NCBI GenBank assembly: GCA_016210205.1
Contig: JACQUO010000023.1
Coordinates: 153,711-217,710, forward strand
Origin: Chloroflexota bacterium
Lineage (GTDB): Bacteria > Chloroflexota > Dehalococcoidia > JACQUO01
Reading direction: 5' to 3'
DNA length: 64,000 nucleotides
The translations under genes and the position numbers were made by a program. The notes under the pieces were generated by a model. It saw nothing but the letters and a program-made list of their open reading frames with translations, was not told the origin of the DNA and did not search any database. Each line of letters begins with the position of its first letter. Positions within the stretch are counted from its first letter, which is position 1. Shown in pieces: positions 9,131 to 18,968 of this stretch.

Positions 9131-10021
9131 ATGAGCAGCTCTACCCCTCTCATCGATGGGCTGGCGATGTACACCGCGGGCCGTGGGCCACTAAGGCAGG
9201 CCAACTATGAGTCCGGGCGCACCCGTCCACCCGAGCTACCGAATCCCTACCCCTGGCGTCCTCCCCAGAGTTGGCAAGGGCTACCCTCGAGCCAAGTAAC
9301 GCGACGGAGGCGATTCTCCGCCCCGCCGGTGGAAGATGAAAGCCCCAATGCCGCCTGGCAGGCCCCAGCCACAACCTACCGCAGCCGCTGGAACGGCTTC
9401 ATCGAAGAGGACCGAACGGCCCACCCCGCCAAGACCGCCTCAAGGGCCTGGGGCAGCCTGGACCAGGCCCCCGCCCTGTGGAGCGATTCCCCTCCCACCC
9501 CATCGCCTCGGCCCGTTGCCCTGGCGGCCACGGCGGTTCTGGAGCAGCCGCTAATCCCGGCAGCCCTCCTGGGCCGACCTCGCCTCATCCCCACTGTTTA
9601 TCCTCCTTCCCTCACCCGAGAGTGGGAACCGGAGGAGAAAGCGGAATCGCCCACGCCACCAGAGGTGAGTTTGCCCGTTGCCAAGGCAGCTGGAAAGCCT
9701 GCCTCTGCTTTCAGGCTCTTCCAGCTTGATGAAAGCCTCCTCAATATTCTGGTCTTCGCTTCCGTGGTGGTGGTGGTCTTCGGCTTCCTGTACATGTTCT
9801 CTGAAAGCGTGGGCAGCTACACCAATAGCCCCTTCGGCGTCCAAGACTACTTCCTCTTCAGCATACGCACCTTACTGACCATGTCCATGCCCGACATGGG
9901 CCCCCTCAATTCCTTCGGGAGGCTGTTGAACTCTCTGGAGGGCACCTTCGGCATGTTTTCCCTGGCGCTGGTTAGCTTCATCCTGGGCCGCAACCTGAGC
10001 TCCAGCCAAGAGGCCAGCTAA
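9131..10021 (+). CDS. Hypothetical protein: Pro-rich disordered N-terminus plus C-terminal 2TM/pore-helix (Ion_trans_2-like) domain
   Basis: RBS GGAGG; TM1, then DYFLFSIRTLLTMSMPDMGP..GRLL..LE..FG, resembling a K+-channel pore segment. Confidence 0.6.
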   Translation: MSSSTPLIDGLAMYTAGRGPLRQANYESGRTRPPELPNPYPWRPPQSWQGLPSSQVTRRRRFSAPPVEDESPNAAWQAPATTYRSRWNGFIEEDRTAHPAKTASRAWGSLDQAPALWSDSPPTPSPRPVALAATAVLEQPLIPAALLGRPRLIPTVYPPSLTREWEPEEKAESPTPPEVSLPVAKAAGKPASAFRLFQLDESLLNILVFASVVVVVFGFLYMFSESVGSYTNSPFGVQDYFLFSIRTLLTMSMPDMGPLNSFGRLLNSLEGTFGMFSLALVSFILGRNLSSSQEAS

Positions 10022-10050
10022 GGAGATAGACCAACCCGGCCCGCTCACAC

Positions 10051-10088
10051 CAAGCAAAGGCTCGCCTCCTGGGGTGAGCCTTTGCTTG
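10051..10088. terminator. Bidirectional terminator between convergent genes
   Basis: CAAGCAAAGGCTC ... GAGCCTTTGCTTG perfect 13-bp stem. Confidence 0.7.
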
Positions 10089-10109
10089 TTCCTCCGCCTC
10101 AAGGCCGGC

Positions 10110-11963
10110 CTAGGGGGCATATCCGGCGGTGGCAGTGTGGGCTGATGACATGGCGACCGATATGGGGTTGCCGGCGACCGCAGCGCCATCCACAGACCAT
10201 CCCTGGAAGTTATACACCACCCCCGACTTGGTGATGGAAGCAGGGGCCGTAAGGGTGACGGCGCTGCCGCTGTCATACCAGCTTTCCCCGGCTATGACGC
10301 CCAGGCCAGGGGGATTGGTAACCACTTTAAGGTAAAACTGCGTTTTCCAACTGGCCGTGGCGGTCTTGGCGCTATTCATCTTGATGGCATTGGAATAGTG
10401 GTAATAGGTCCCGCTGGCAGCACCGCTCCAGGCAACGAAGACATAACGAGTTCCTGGGTCGCCGCTGACAGGGTCGCTGCTGACAGTATCGGTATTGAGC
10501 GTAGCCCGGGCCTCTTCTTCCCCCTCAACGAACCAACCCTCATCAGTGGCATGACCGGTAGCGGGGTCAAACGAGCGCTTTTCTCGGCCCGGCGTACCGT
10601 AGGGCGAGACCACGGTCAGGTAATACTGGCGCTCTAAAGTGGCAGTGTACTGGACGAAGTAGTCAGGGGTGGTTACGGTATGGCGCTGGGCCCCGCCGTC
10701 GCTCCAACCGGCGAAGACATAGCGTACGCCCGCCGCAGGGCTCTGGAGAGACTCCACATAGAGGGTATGGGTGGTGTTCTGCTCCCACACCAGGTTTACG
10801 GGGGCGCTAAGAATTTCGCCATCCACAATGACTTTGGTGCCGCTGCCGATGTTGGTGGCCACCCGCACGGCTACGGCAGGGGGAGCTTTGTACTGGGCAG
10901 AGATGGTATGGGGGCCATCTATCTTAACGCTGATGGCGCCGCTCACCGAAGGAGGAGCGCCATCCAACGACCATCCCTTAAATGTATAGCTGATGTTGTT
11001 GAGGGAATAGGTAGTCGGCGCCGTGACGCGAACGGAGGCATTCTCATCTTGCCAGCCCTGCCCAGTAAGGCCGGCGATGCCGGGGGGGGCCGAGAGCACA
11101 TTGAGGTAATACTGCTGCTTCCATAAGGCCATCACGGCGCGCGGCCCGGCCATGACGATGGGGGTTGACTTCTTGTAATCGGTCCCCGTGGCCCACCCGT
11201 CCCACTTCACGAAGGCTTTTTGGGCCTTGTCCCCAGTAATGACAGCCCCTTCCTTAAGGCCCGCGTAGGCAGTGCTACCTTGGTCATACCAGCCCTGGCC
11301 CAGGGCCTCCCCCACCTCCGTGGTGACGGTGAGCTCATATTGCTTCGTAAACTTTGCCTCATAGGTTGCAGGCTCTGCGGGGCGAGCCTCACGACTCTTC
11401 TCCACCACCCCATCACTCCAGCCGCTAAAAACATACCGCGCCCCCGGCTCTCGGGAGACAGGCACCGCGACTTCAAGGGTGTGTCGGGAGCCCGGGGACC
11501 AAAATCCCTGGAACGGGGTGGTGATGGCTTGGCCGTCAACAATGACCGGGCTCCCCGGCCCCAGGTTGGAGGTGACGAAGACCAGCACTTGCTTCGCCGA
11601 TGGGGGTTGAGCTTCCAGACCAGGGGTAGATGGCGCGGCGGAAGATGCCGCCCCGGGGGTAGTTGCCCCAGGGGGAGTCGCTGCCACCGACGTGGGAGTG
11701 GGGGGCGGGGTGGTCCGGGAGCGCAAGGGGAACGGGAAAGCCCCAGCTGGTGTCGGCGTGGGCGTCGGGACGAGTGTAGGTATAGGAGTGAGCGGCAGGC
11801 GTGTCGCTGCTGGCGGGGCAAAGGTGGCAGTGGGCGGGGCGCCACTGCAGACGCTGCCAGCCAGGGCCAAGAGGGCAACCAGGAACGAAAGCCCTTTTAT
11901 GGCCGATGGTATTCCAAGCATGACAGCTACAAGATACCATTTTATCCCTGCCTGGTAAAGCAC
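10110..11963 (-). CDS. Secreted/surface protein with Pro/Thr linker and six divergent InlB-B/Flg_new-like beta repeats
   Basis: Hydrophobic signal ending LAGSVC, PTPTPTP linker, recurring QYYLTV / GxGWY / RYVFxGWSDG motifs; true start may be a downstream Met. Confidence 0.7.
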   Translation of the reverse strand: MLYQAGIKWYLVAVMLGIPSAIKGLSFLVALLALAGSVCSGAPPTATFAPPAATRLPLTPIPTLVPTPTPTPAGAFPFPLRSRTTPPPTPTSVAATPPGATTPGAASSAAPSTPGLEAQPPSAKQVLVFVTSNLGPGSPVIVDGQAITTPFQGFWSPGSRHTLEVAVPVSREPGARYVFSGWSDGVVEKSREARPAEPATYEAKFTKQYELTVTTEVGEALGQGWYDQGSTAYAGLKEGAVITGDKAQKAFVKWDGWATGTDYKKSTPIVMAGPRAVMALWKQQYYLNVLSAPPGIAGLTGQGWQDENASVRVTAPTTYSLNNISYTFKGWSLDGAPPSVSGAISVKIDGPHTISAQYKAPPAVAVRVATNIGSGTKVIVDGEILSAPVNLVWEQNTTHTLYVESLQSPAAGVRYVFAGWSDGGAQRHTVTTPDYFVQYTATLERQYYLTVVSPYGTPGREKRSFDPATGHATDEGWFVEGEEEARATLNTDTVSSDPVSGDPGTRYVFVAWSGAASGTYYHYSNAIKMNSAKTATASWKTQFYLKVVTNPPGLGVIAGESWYDSGSAVTLTAPASITKSGVVYNFQGWSVDGAAVAGNPISVAMSSAHTATAGYAP

Positions 11964-12062
11964 AAAATCTCCCTTCCATGCTTGTCCTGCTTGCCCACAT
12001 GGATTTGAATGTCAAAGAATCTGATGGTAGAATGTCCGCATCAGCTCAGGAGGAAGACCCTA

Positions 12063-13928
12063 ATGGCGGGCTACGGCGGGAAGCTGCTGCGGGTGGACCT
12101 ATCCCAGGGCCAAATCAGCCAGGAGCCTATTCCGGAGGAGGTCAAATTGGCCTTCGTGGGCGGGCGAGGCATCGGCATCAAATACCTCTACGACGAGCTG
12201 GCCCCGGGGACAGACCCCCTGGGCCCTGGGAACAAACTCATCCTGCTCAACGGCCCACTGGCCGGGACCAACGCCCAGTCCGTCTCCCGCTGGATGGTCA
12301 TCACCAAGAGTCCCCTCACCGGGGCCTATGCCCGGTCTGTGGCGGGAGCCGATTTCGGGGCCTGGCTCAAGTTCGCCGGCTATGACCTCATCATCCTCGA
12401 GGGGCAGGCCGCGCGGCCTATCTACCTTCATATCGGCCGGGAGGGGGCAGAGCTTAGGGACGCCGGAGAGCTCTGGGGGAAGAATACCCAAGAGACCCAA
12501 GAGTGGCTATCGCGACGGCATGGCCCTCTCACCCGGAGCGCCTGCATCGGCCCGGCCGGGGAGCGCCTGGTGCGCTTCGCCGCCATCGTCAGCGCTCGGC
12601 GCACCGCCAGCCGCTGCGGGGTAGGCGCCGTCATGGGCGCCAAGAGGCTCAAAGCCGTGGCCATCACCACCCAGCGGCATCTTGAGCTGGCTGTCCCCGA
12701 GGCCTTCCAGGCCCTGGTGCGGGAACAAATCGGCTATAACAAAGCGGATCTGGGCTATCAGAACAGCCACGAGATGGGCACCACCGGGGCCTCCGCCCAC
12801 TTCAACCGCTTGGGCATCTTCCCCGTGCGCAACTTCCGGGCCGGCCAGATGAAGGGCGCCGAGGAATTCTCCGGCGAAGAATACCGCAAGCTTAGAGTGG
12901 GCGAGTTCGGCTGCTACTCCTGCTCCGCCCGCTGCGGCAAGCACCACCGGGTGCTTGCCGGCCCTTATGCCGGAGCCGAGAGCGAAGGGCCGGAGTATGA
13001 GAGCATCTGGGCCTTCACCGGCCCCATTGACAGCGCCAACCTGGGGGCCACCGTGGCCGCGGACCAGCTCTGCGATGATTTGGGCATGGACACCATCTCC
13101 ACGGGCAACGCCATCGGCTTTGCCTTCGAGCTCTTCGAGAAGGGCATCATCACGGAAAAAGATACCGACGGCCTTAAGCTCCGCTACGGCAACCATGCCG
13201 CCATGGTGGCGTTGGCCCACAAGATAGGCCGACGCGAGGGCTTGGGGGATGTCCTGGCCGAAGGCGTGGCGCGGGCCGCCGAGCACATCGGCCACGGCGC
13301 CTCGGCCTACGCGATGCACGCCAAGGGCCTAGAGCTCCCCGCCTACGAGCCCCGGGCCGCCAAGGCCCATGGCCTCAACTACGCCACCAGTAACATCGGC
13401 GGCAGCCACTGCTTCGGATATGCCACCCAGGAGATTTTCGGCGTCCCCGTGCCCCGACCCGTGGATCGCTTTGCCGACACGGGAAAAGGGGACATCGCCG
13501 CTTTCAACCAGAACCGCACCGCCCTGACAGAAATGGGCATCGTGTGCACCTTCGCCGCGGGCTGGCGCTGGTTCGGCCAACTCTACCACCGCATGCTGAC
13601 TGCTGCCACCGGCATCCCAGAGTTCGGCGACCGCGCCTACTTGGCGGCGGCGGCGGAACGCCTCTACAACCTGGAGCGATGCTTCAATGTCCGGGAGGGC
13701 TTCTCCCGCGCCCAGGATACCCTGCCCCAGCGCATGCTCACGGAGCCTCTGGAGCAGCCCGGCGGCCCCGCTCACGGCCAGGTGGTGCGGGCCCAGGATG
13801 CCCTTCTGGATGAGTACTACGCGGCGCGGGGCTGGACCACCGCCGGCATCCCCAAGGCAGAGAAGCTGCGCGAGCTGGGACTGGAGGGCATCCTGGGCAA
13901 CCTAAAACAAGCGCCCAGGGCAAGGTGA
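12063..13928 (+). CDS. Aldehyde:ferredoxin oxidoreductase family (W/Mo-bis-pterin)
   Basis: GYGGKLLRVDLS, KSPLTG, CIGPAGE, GAVMGAKRLKA, CxxCxxxC, GPEYE, CDDLGMDTIS; ATG 12063 after AGGAGG. Confidence 0.95.
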   Translation: MAGYGGKLLRVDLSQGQISQEPIPEEVKLAFVGGRGIGIKYLYDELAPGTDPLGPGNKLILLNGPLAGTNAQSVSRWMVITKSPLTGAYARSVAGADFGAWLKFAGYDLIILEGQAARPIYLHIGREGAELRDAGELWGKNTQETQEWLSRRHGPLTRSACIGPAGERLVRFAAIVSARRTASRCGVGAVMGAKRLKAVAITTQRHLELAVPEAFQALVREQIGYNKADLGYQNSHEMGTTGASAHFNRLGIFPVRNFRAGQMKGAEEFSGEEYRKLRVGEFGCYSCSARCGKHHRVLAGPYAGAESEGPEYESIWAFTGPIDSANLGATVAADQLCDDLGMDTISTGNAIGFAFELFEKGIITEKDTDGLKLRYGNHAAMVALAHKIGRREGLGDVLAEGVARAAEHIGHGASAYAMHAKGLELPAYEPRAAKAHGLNYATSNIGGSHCFGYATQEIFGVPVPRPVDRFADTGKGDIAAFNQNRTALTEMGIVCTFAAGWRWFGQLYHRMLTAATGIPEFGDRAYLAAAAERLYNLERCFNVREGFSRAQDTLPQRMLTEPLEQPGGPAHGQVVRAQDALLDEYYAARGWTTAGIPKAEKLRELGLEGILGNLKQAPRAR

Positions 13929-14100
13929 AAGCTTGCTTTCGAGAATACCCCACAGCCAGACAGCCAGGACGAATGTTATGCTTTTGCGTGTTAGTCTGCT
14001 ATAATGTGGAGGAAATTGTCCACTAACCCAGTCGTTTGTCGGCGCGCAATAACAACGATGAGATTAATGCTCCCAAAGAAATCCTCAAACAAGAGTTGAT

Positions 14101-14628
14101 ATGGGCCGCATTACCATAATTGCTACCTTCGTAGTATTCTTCGGCCTGATTGGCCTGGTTGGCTTCGGGTTGGGGGCCCGTGAGCCCCTCACCGGGGCCA
14201 GCGGCGTGGCCCGGGTGGGCCGTCCCTCCATCGACTTCACCCTGAACCTCTTCGACGGGAACAAGCTATCCCTCAGCAGCCTCAAAGGCAAGCCCGTGGT
14301 GGTGAACTTCTGGGCCTCCTGGTGTCCCCCTTGCCGCGAGGAGGCCGCCACCCTGGAGAAAACCTGGCGGGTCTATAAAGACAAGGGTGTGGTCTTCATT
14401 GGAGTGGACATCCAGGACACGGAAGCCGCCGCTCGGGCCTACATCGAGGAATTCCGTGTCACCTACCCCAACGGCCCCGACCGGGACGGGAAAATCACCA
14501 TCGACTACGGGGTCAGCGGCATTCCCATCACCTTCTTCATCAACCGGGAGGGCATGATAGTCGACCGCTGGGTGGGAGCCATCACCGAGCCGATGCTGGT
14601 GGCCCAAGTGGAGGCGCTGCTGAAGTGA
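14101..14628 (+). CDS. TlpA/CcmG/ResA-family thiol:disulfide oxidoreductase
   Basis: N-terminal TM, VNFWASWCPPC, GIP.TFFI. Confidence 0.92.
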   Translation: MGRITIIATFVVFFGLIGLVGFGLGAREPLTGASGVARVGRPSIDFTLNLFDGNKLSLSSLKGKPVVVNFWASWCPPCREEAATLEKTWRVYKDKGVVFIGVDIQDTEAAARAYIEEFRVTYPNGPDRDGKITIDYGVSGIPITFFINREGMIVDRWVGAITEPMLVAQVEALLK

Positions 14629-15362
14629 CGGAACTAGCGCCGCCGGTGAACCTGACCCTAGCCTTCACCGCTGGGGTGGTATCCTTCCTCTCTCCCTGTG
14701 TGGCCCCCCTGGTCCCCGGCTACCTGGCCTACCTCTTCGGCACCTCCGTTGATAAGCTGGAATCCCCCGGATGGGGGCAGATGCTCTACGGGCTGGCGGC
14801 CACCTCCCTCTTCGTCCTGGGATTCACGGCGGTCTTCGTCAGCCTGGGCACCTCAGCCTCACTCCTGGGCTCACTATTTGAAAGCTACCAGCGGGAGATG
14901 ATACAGGTATCCGGCGGGGTGATGGTCTTCATGGGCATCCTGCTCACCGGCCTAATCCCCATCCCCTTCTTCAACCAGGAGCTCAGGTTCCACGGCGAGA
15001 TGAAAGGCATGGGCCTGCTCAAAGGCGTGCCCCTAGGGATGGCCTTTGGCCTGGGCTGGACCCCGTGCATCGGGCCCATCCTGGCCTCCATCCTCTTCTA
15101 TGCCAGCGCTGCCACGACGGTGGCCCAGGGCTCGGTGCTGCTGCTGGTCTATTCCCTGGGCCTGGGCCTATCTTTCATCATCACTGGTCTCTTCTTCAGC
15201 CGCGTCCTGAAGGCGCTCCGCTGGCTTATCCGCTACCGGAGGCACTTGAACATCGCCAGCGGCGCCATCCTCATCGGCATCGGGCTGCTATTCCTGACCA
15301 ACAACTTCTTCTACATTAGCCTGGCCACCCAGAGGTTTTTCTACCAAATCTTCGCCAGATGA
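14625..15362 (+). CDS. ccdA: Cytochrome c biogenesis protein CcdA
   Basis: SFLSPCV.PL.P and WTPCIGPIL motifs, 6 TM; GTGA overlap with upstream gene. Confidence 0.93.
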   Translation: MTELAPPVNLTLAFTAGVVSFLSPCVAPLVPGYLAYLFGTSVDKLESPGWGQMLYGLAATSLFVLGFTAVFVSLGTSASLLGSLFESYQREMIQVSGGVMVFMGILLTGLIPIPFFNQELRFHGEMKGMGLLKGVPLGMAFGLGWTPCIGPILASILFYASAATTVAQGSVLLLVYSLGLGLSFIITGLFFSRVLKALRWLIRYRRHLNIASGAILIGIGLLFLTNNFFYISLATQRFFYQIFAR

Positions 15363-15372
15363 TTACGAGGCC

Positions 15373-15897
15373 ATGAAGAGCTATAAATTTCTCACTGCCC
15401 CTCTCATATTTGTCCTTCTAGCCACAGCCTTGCTTCCGGGATGTCTTAGCACCTCCACCCCCTCCTTAGAAGAGCGGGCCCAGGACCTGGAACGCAGCCT
15501 CATGTGCCCCATCTGCGAGGGCCAGACCATCTACGAGTCTCAAAGCGCCCTTGCCGTGCAAATCAAGTCCAACATCCGAGAGCAGTTGGCCCAGGGCAAG
15601 ACCAGGGAGCAAATCATCCAGTTTTATGTCGAGCGCTACGGAGAGCGCATCTTGGCAGCGCCGCCGCCCGCGGGGATAAACTGGGCCCTCTGGCTGGGGC
15701 CTCTCGCCGTGCTCGGCATCGGCGGTTTCATCCTCTACCGCCTTATCCTCTCCTTCCGCCGCCAGGGAGCGGCCGTGCCCGCAGAGATGCCAGTCACCTC
15801 TCCAGAGGAGCGCCGCTACTGGGAGGAGCGCATCCAGGCGGAGCTGGAGGGCCGGAGTCCCCCCGTCCCAGATAGGAAACAAGCGCGCGGGCCATGA
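15373..15897 (+). CDS. ccmH: Cytochrome c biogenesis protein CcmH/CycL
   Basis: LMCPICEGQTI.ES, RYGERIL..PP, C-terminal TM. Confidence 0.9.
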   Translation: MKSYKFLTAPLIFVLLATALLPGCLSTSTPSLEERAQDLERSLMCPICEGQTIYESQSALAVQIKSNIREQLAQGKTREQIIQFYVERYGERILAAPPPAGINWALWLGPLAVLGIGGFILYRLILSFRRQGAAVPAEMPVTSPEERRYWEERIQAELEGRSPPVPDRKQARGP

Positions 15898-15955
15898 ATC
15901 AATACTCTGACGTCAAACTATGCCGCTATCTTGCTTTTAAAAGGAGGATTTGCCT

Positions 15956-17035
15956 GTGATAAAAGGGATGGTCTTCATCGATGGCAGCTGGCTTTACTAT
16001 AACCGGCGCAACCTGGGGCGAGACCATGGGAACCCCAACTTCCAGGTAGACTATGGCCTGCTCCCCAAGGTCCTGGCGGAAGTGGTCTCCGAGCGGCTCT
16101 ACCGCACGGAGGTGGACCTGGTGCGCACCTTCCTCTTCGGAAGCTACGCCGAAAACTATGATTTGCGGGACGATGCGGCGGTCCAGGACCGCCTGGACTT
16201 CTTCGCCATGCTGAAAGAGGAGTACCAGTACGAGGTGGAGGCCTTCCACATCGACTTCCGAGGCAAGCGGCTGCGGCGACAGGACCGGGAGCCCGAGGAC
16301 GAGTTCGAGCCCCATGAGAAGTGCGTGGATATCGCCCTGGCCACCGCCATGCTCTACTATGCGGCCATCCCCAACGCCTACGACATCGCCATCGCCATCC
16401 TGGGGGACCGGGACTTCACCCCCCTGCTCAAGGCGGTTCGGCGGCTGGGAAAACGCACCGTCATCGCCAGTATCAAGGGCAGCTGCGCCCCCGACTACGC
16501 CGACCCCCAGGACGCTGCGGGGGTCAAGGACATGGGCATCATCTGGCTCAACGACCTGGTGGACCGAATTGAGCTTAAGTACGAACGTCAACAGCTGGAT
16601 TGCCAGTCCCCCCTCCATCGCGGCCCCAAGAAGGTCTGGACCACCTACCGACCGCGGACGGGGAGGCCCTTCTACTGCGATGTCTGCCGGGAGAGGTTCA
16701 CCGCGGAGAAGGCGGCGGTGCAGGCAGAGTTCCTGGCCCCCGAGAACAACCGCGCCGACAGCGAAGAGAAAGCCCCGCCTGTCCTGGGCCGAATCCTTGC
16801 GGGGCTCATCCTGAAGCGCATCGAGGACAAGGGCTACGGCTTCATCCGGGGCGCCGACGGCAAGGACTACTTCTTCCACCTTACCGACCTGGAGCCCAAC
16901 CTGCCCTGGCTGGAGGCCCAACTGGGACAGCGGGTCGTCTTCGAGGTGAAGAAGGAGGCCCAACTGGATAAGGCCGGGGCCGCCTTACGCGTGCAGAAGG
17001 CCTCTGCCCCCAACGGCTCCCAGGGCCAACCCTAA
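15956..17035 (+). CDS. NYN (LabA/DUF88 PIN-like) domain protein with Zn-ribbon-like segment and C-terminal cold-shock domain
   Basis: VFIDGSWL, EKCVDIALA, GDRDFTPL; C..PLH...RPFYCDVC; KGYGFI/DYFFH RNP motifs; GTG after AAGGAGG. Confidence 0.85.
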   Translation: MIKGMVFIDGSWLYYNRRNLGRDHGNPNFQVDYGLLPKVLAEVVSERLYRTEVDLVRTFLFGSYAENYDLRDDAAVQDRLDFFAMLKEEYQYEVEAFHIDFRGKRLRRQDREPEDEFEPHEKCVDIALATAMLYYAAIPNAYDIAIAILGDRDFTPLLKAVRRLGKRTVIASIKGSCAPDYADPQDAAGVKDMGIIWLNDLVDRIELKYERQQLDCQSPLHRGPKKVWTTYRPRTGRPFYCDVCRERFTAEKAAVQAEFLAPENNRADSEEKAPPVLGRILAGLILKRIEDKGYGFIRGADGKDYFFHLTDLEPNLPWLEAQLGQRVVFEVKKEAQLDKAGAALRVQKASAPNGSQGQP

Positions 17036-17174
17036 GGCCGCTGAAGAACACCCCCAAACCCCCTCAAGGGGGTTCAAGGTATCCCCTTCGGGGAGGATTT
17101 ATATCTGGGGGACACCCCCAGACCCCCGCCAATTGTTCGCCCCTCTGGACTCCCCTTTTTCCGCAGCCTGCTAG
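17035..17174. repeat. MITE-like element carrying the GGGGGACACCCCCAGACCCC core (copy 1)
   Basis: Core at 17105-17155; imperfect terminal IRs AGGCCGCTGAAGAA / TTTTTCCGCAGCCT; between convergent stop codons. Confidence 0.65.
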
Positions 17175-18904
17175 GGCCGCCGCAGCCTCACATCCAGGAC
17201 GGCAGCCTGCCCCGCCCGCACCCGCTCCAGGCCCCGCTGGAGGGCCTCCGGCAGCTGGGCCGGGTCCTCCACCGTCTCCCCATAGGCACGGCAGGCCTGG
17301 GCTACCAGGGCATACTCCGGGCTGGGGGCGATGTCCATCCCCACCCAAGCCCCCGTCCGCTCGGAATAGGACGAAGGACCGTAGTCCGTCCGCAGGGAGG
17401 CCTTGGGGGCGTTGTAGGCCTGGTTGTTGAAGATGACCGTCAGGAAGGGAACATGGTAGGCATCCGCCGCCCAGAGGGCCGCAGTGGGGCAGCCGAAGAC
17501 GAAGCTGCCATCCCCCATCAGGGACACCACGGTGCGATCCGGGGCAGCGAGCTTGGCCCCCAGGGCCGCCCCCAAGCCCCACCCCAGGGAGGAGCCGCCG
17601 CTGCCGAAGATGGTGCCGGGGCGGGTGCGCGCCAGATGGCGGCTCACGAACCCGGAGCTGGTGACAGCCTCGTTGAGGACAATGTCTTCCTCCCCCACCG
17701 CCTGGGCGATGCAGTAGCCCAGCCAGTCGGGCGAGATGGGGCGCTGGGCGGCCAGCCCCAAGGCCCCTTGGCGCCAACCCTCACGCCGGGCCTGCATCTG
17801 CTGGCCGTGGCGCTCCAGCCGCTCCCGGGCCGCAGCGCGGGCCGACGCGGTGAGATGGACCTTCAGGGCTACCGTGAGGGCGAGGATGGCCTTGGCGGAG
17901 TCGGCATGGAGGGAGATGTCCACGGGGAAAAACCACATGGGGATGGTGGGCTTGACGGGGTCGAGGTCTATCTGGATGATTTTGGCCCCCGGCCGGGGAC
18001 GGACGACGCCGGGGATGTAGGGGACGTCGTGGTCGATGACCAGGATGGCATCGGCCTCTCTAAGATAGGGGTTGGCCAAAACGCCCGCCCAGAGCGGGTG
18101 AGCGGTGGGGAAGTTCATCCGCAGGTCGGCGGATACCACCGGGGCGCCCAGGGCCTCCGCCAGGGCGACTAGAGCCCCGACGGCGGAGGGGCTGCGCCCG
18201 GAGCTCCCCGTGATGATGAGGGGGCTCTGGGCCCGGGCCAGAATCCGGGCCGCCTCCTCAAGCAGGTCGGGGTCCGCCTGGGGCGCGGCGGGGGCGCCGT
18301 GGCGGGCCACCTCCGGCACCTCCAGGTGCTCCAGCTTCTCCATGAGGACTTCCCGAGGGAGGGATAGATAGACGGGGCCAGGCGGGGAGGCCGAGGCCAC
18401 CTGGAAGGCCCGCTGCACCACCTGGTGCAGGTTGTCCGCCAGGCGCACCTCGTAGTCCCACTTCACATAGCCCCGGACGATGGCGGCCTGATCGAACTGC
18501 TCCTGAATCCAATGAATCATGCCGCTGCGCTGGCCTCGCCGAGAGCCCTCCTGGGTCCAGGGGGCGCGGCCCGCGCAGAGGACCACCCCGATGCGCCCGC
18601 GCTGGGCGTTGTGGAGGGCGCCTCCCACCTGCTGGGTGCCCAAATCCACATGGACGAAGACCACCTGGGGCCGGCCCGAGAGCATGAAATGGCCGTGGGC
18701 GGCGGACATGGCCACGGACTCGTGGAGACTCAAGATGACCTTGGGGACCCGTTTCTCCTGGGCCTGGAACTTGGCCAGGGCCTCCTGGACGGGGAAAGTG
18801 TCGGTGCCGGGGTTGAGAAAGATGTAGTCCACCCCGTTGGCGTCCAGCATCTCCACAAAGGCCTCCGCCCCCTCCTCCACCACTACCCTTTTTCCTGGGG
18901 TCAT
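17171..18904 (-). CDS. Thiamine pyrophosphate-dependent enzyme (ALS/benzoylformate decarboxylase-like)
   Basis: F.NPGTD, LHE..A..AAHG, GPVYLSLPRE, GDGSF...NN TPP motif; ATG 18904 after GAGGAGG. Confidence 0.92.
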   Translation of the reverse strand: MTPGKRVVVEEGAEAFVEMLDANGVDYIFLNPGTDTFPVQEALAKFQAQEKRVPKVILSLHESVAMSAAHGHFMLSGRPQVVFVHVDLGTQQVGGALHNAQRGRIGVVLCAGRAPWTQEGSRRGQRSGMIHWIQEQFDQAAIVRGYVKWDYEVRLADNLHQVVQRAFQVASASPPGPVYLSLPREVLMEKLEHLEVPEVARHGAPAAPQADPDLLEEAARILARAQSPLIITGSSGRSPSAVGALVALAEALGAPVVSADLRMNFPTAHPLWAGVLANPYLREADAILVIDHDVPYIPGVVRPRPGAKIIQIDLDPVKPTIPMWFFPVDISLHADSAKAILALTVALKVHLTASARAAARERLERHGQQMQARREGWRQGALGLAAQRPISPDWLGYCIAQAVGEEDIVLNEAVTSSGFVSRHLARTRPGTIFGSGGSSLGWGLGAALGAKLAAPDRTVVSLMGDGSFVFGCPTAALWAADAYHVPFLTVIFNNQAYNAPKASLRTDYGPSSYSERTGAWVGMDIAPSPEYALVAQACRAYGETVEDPAQLPEALQRGLERVRAGQAAVLDVRLRRP

Positions 18905-18968
18905 GGCATCCTCCTCTGCTGGGCTAACGCGTGCCGCCCACGATGCTCGCGCCTGAGGTGGCGCGCCC

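Noticed and set aside
14016-14099. 27-codon uORF upstream of the TlpA gene
   Set aside because: TTG start too close to the GGAGG and no recognisable features
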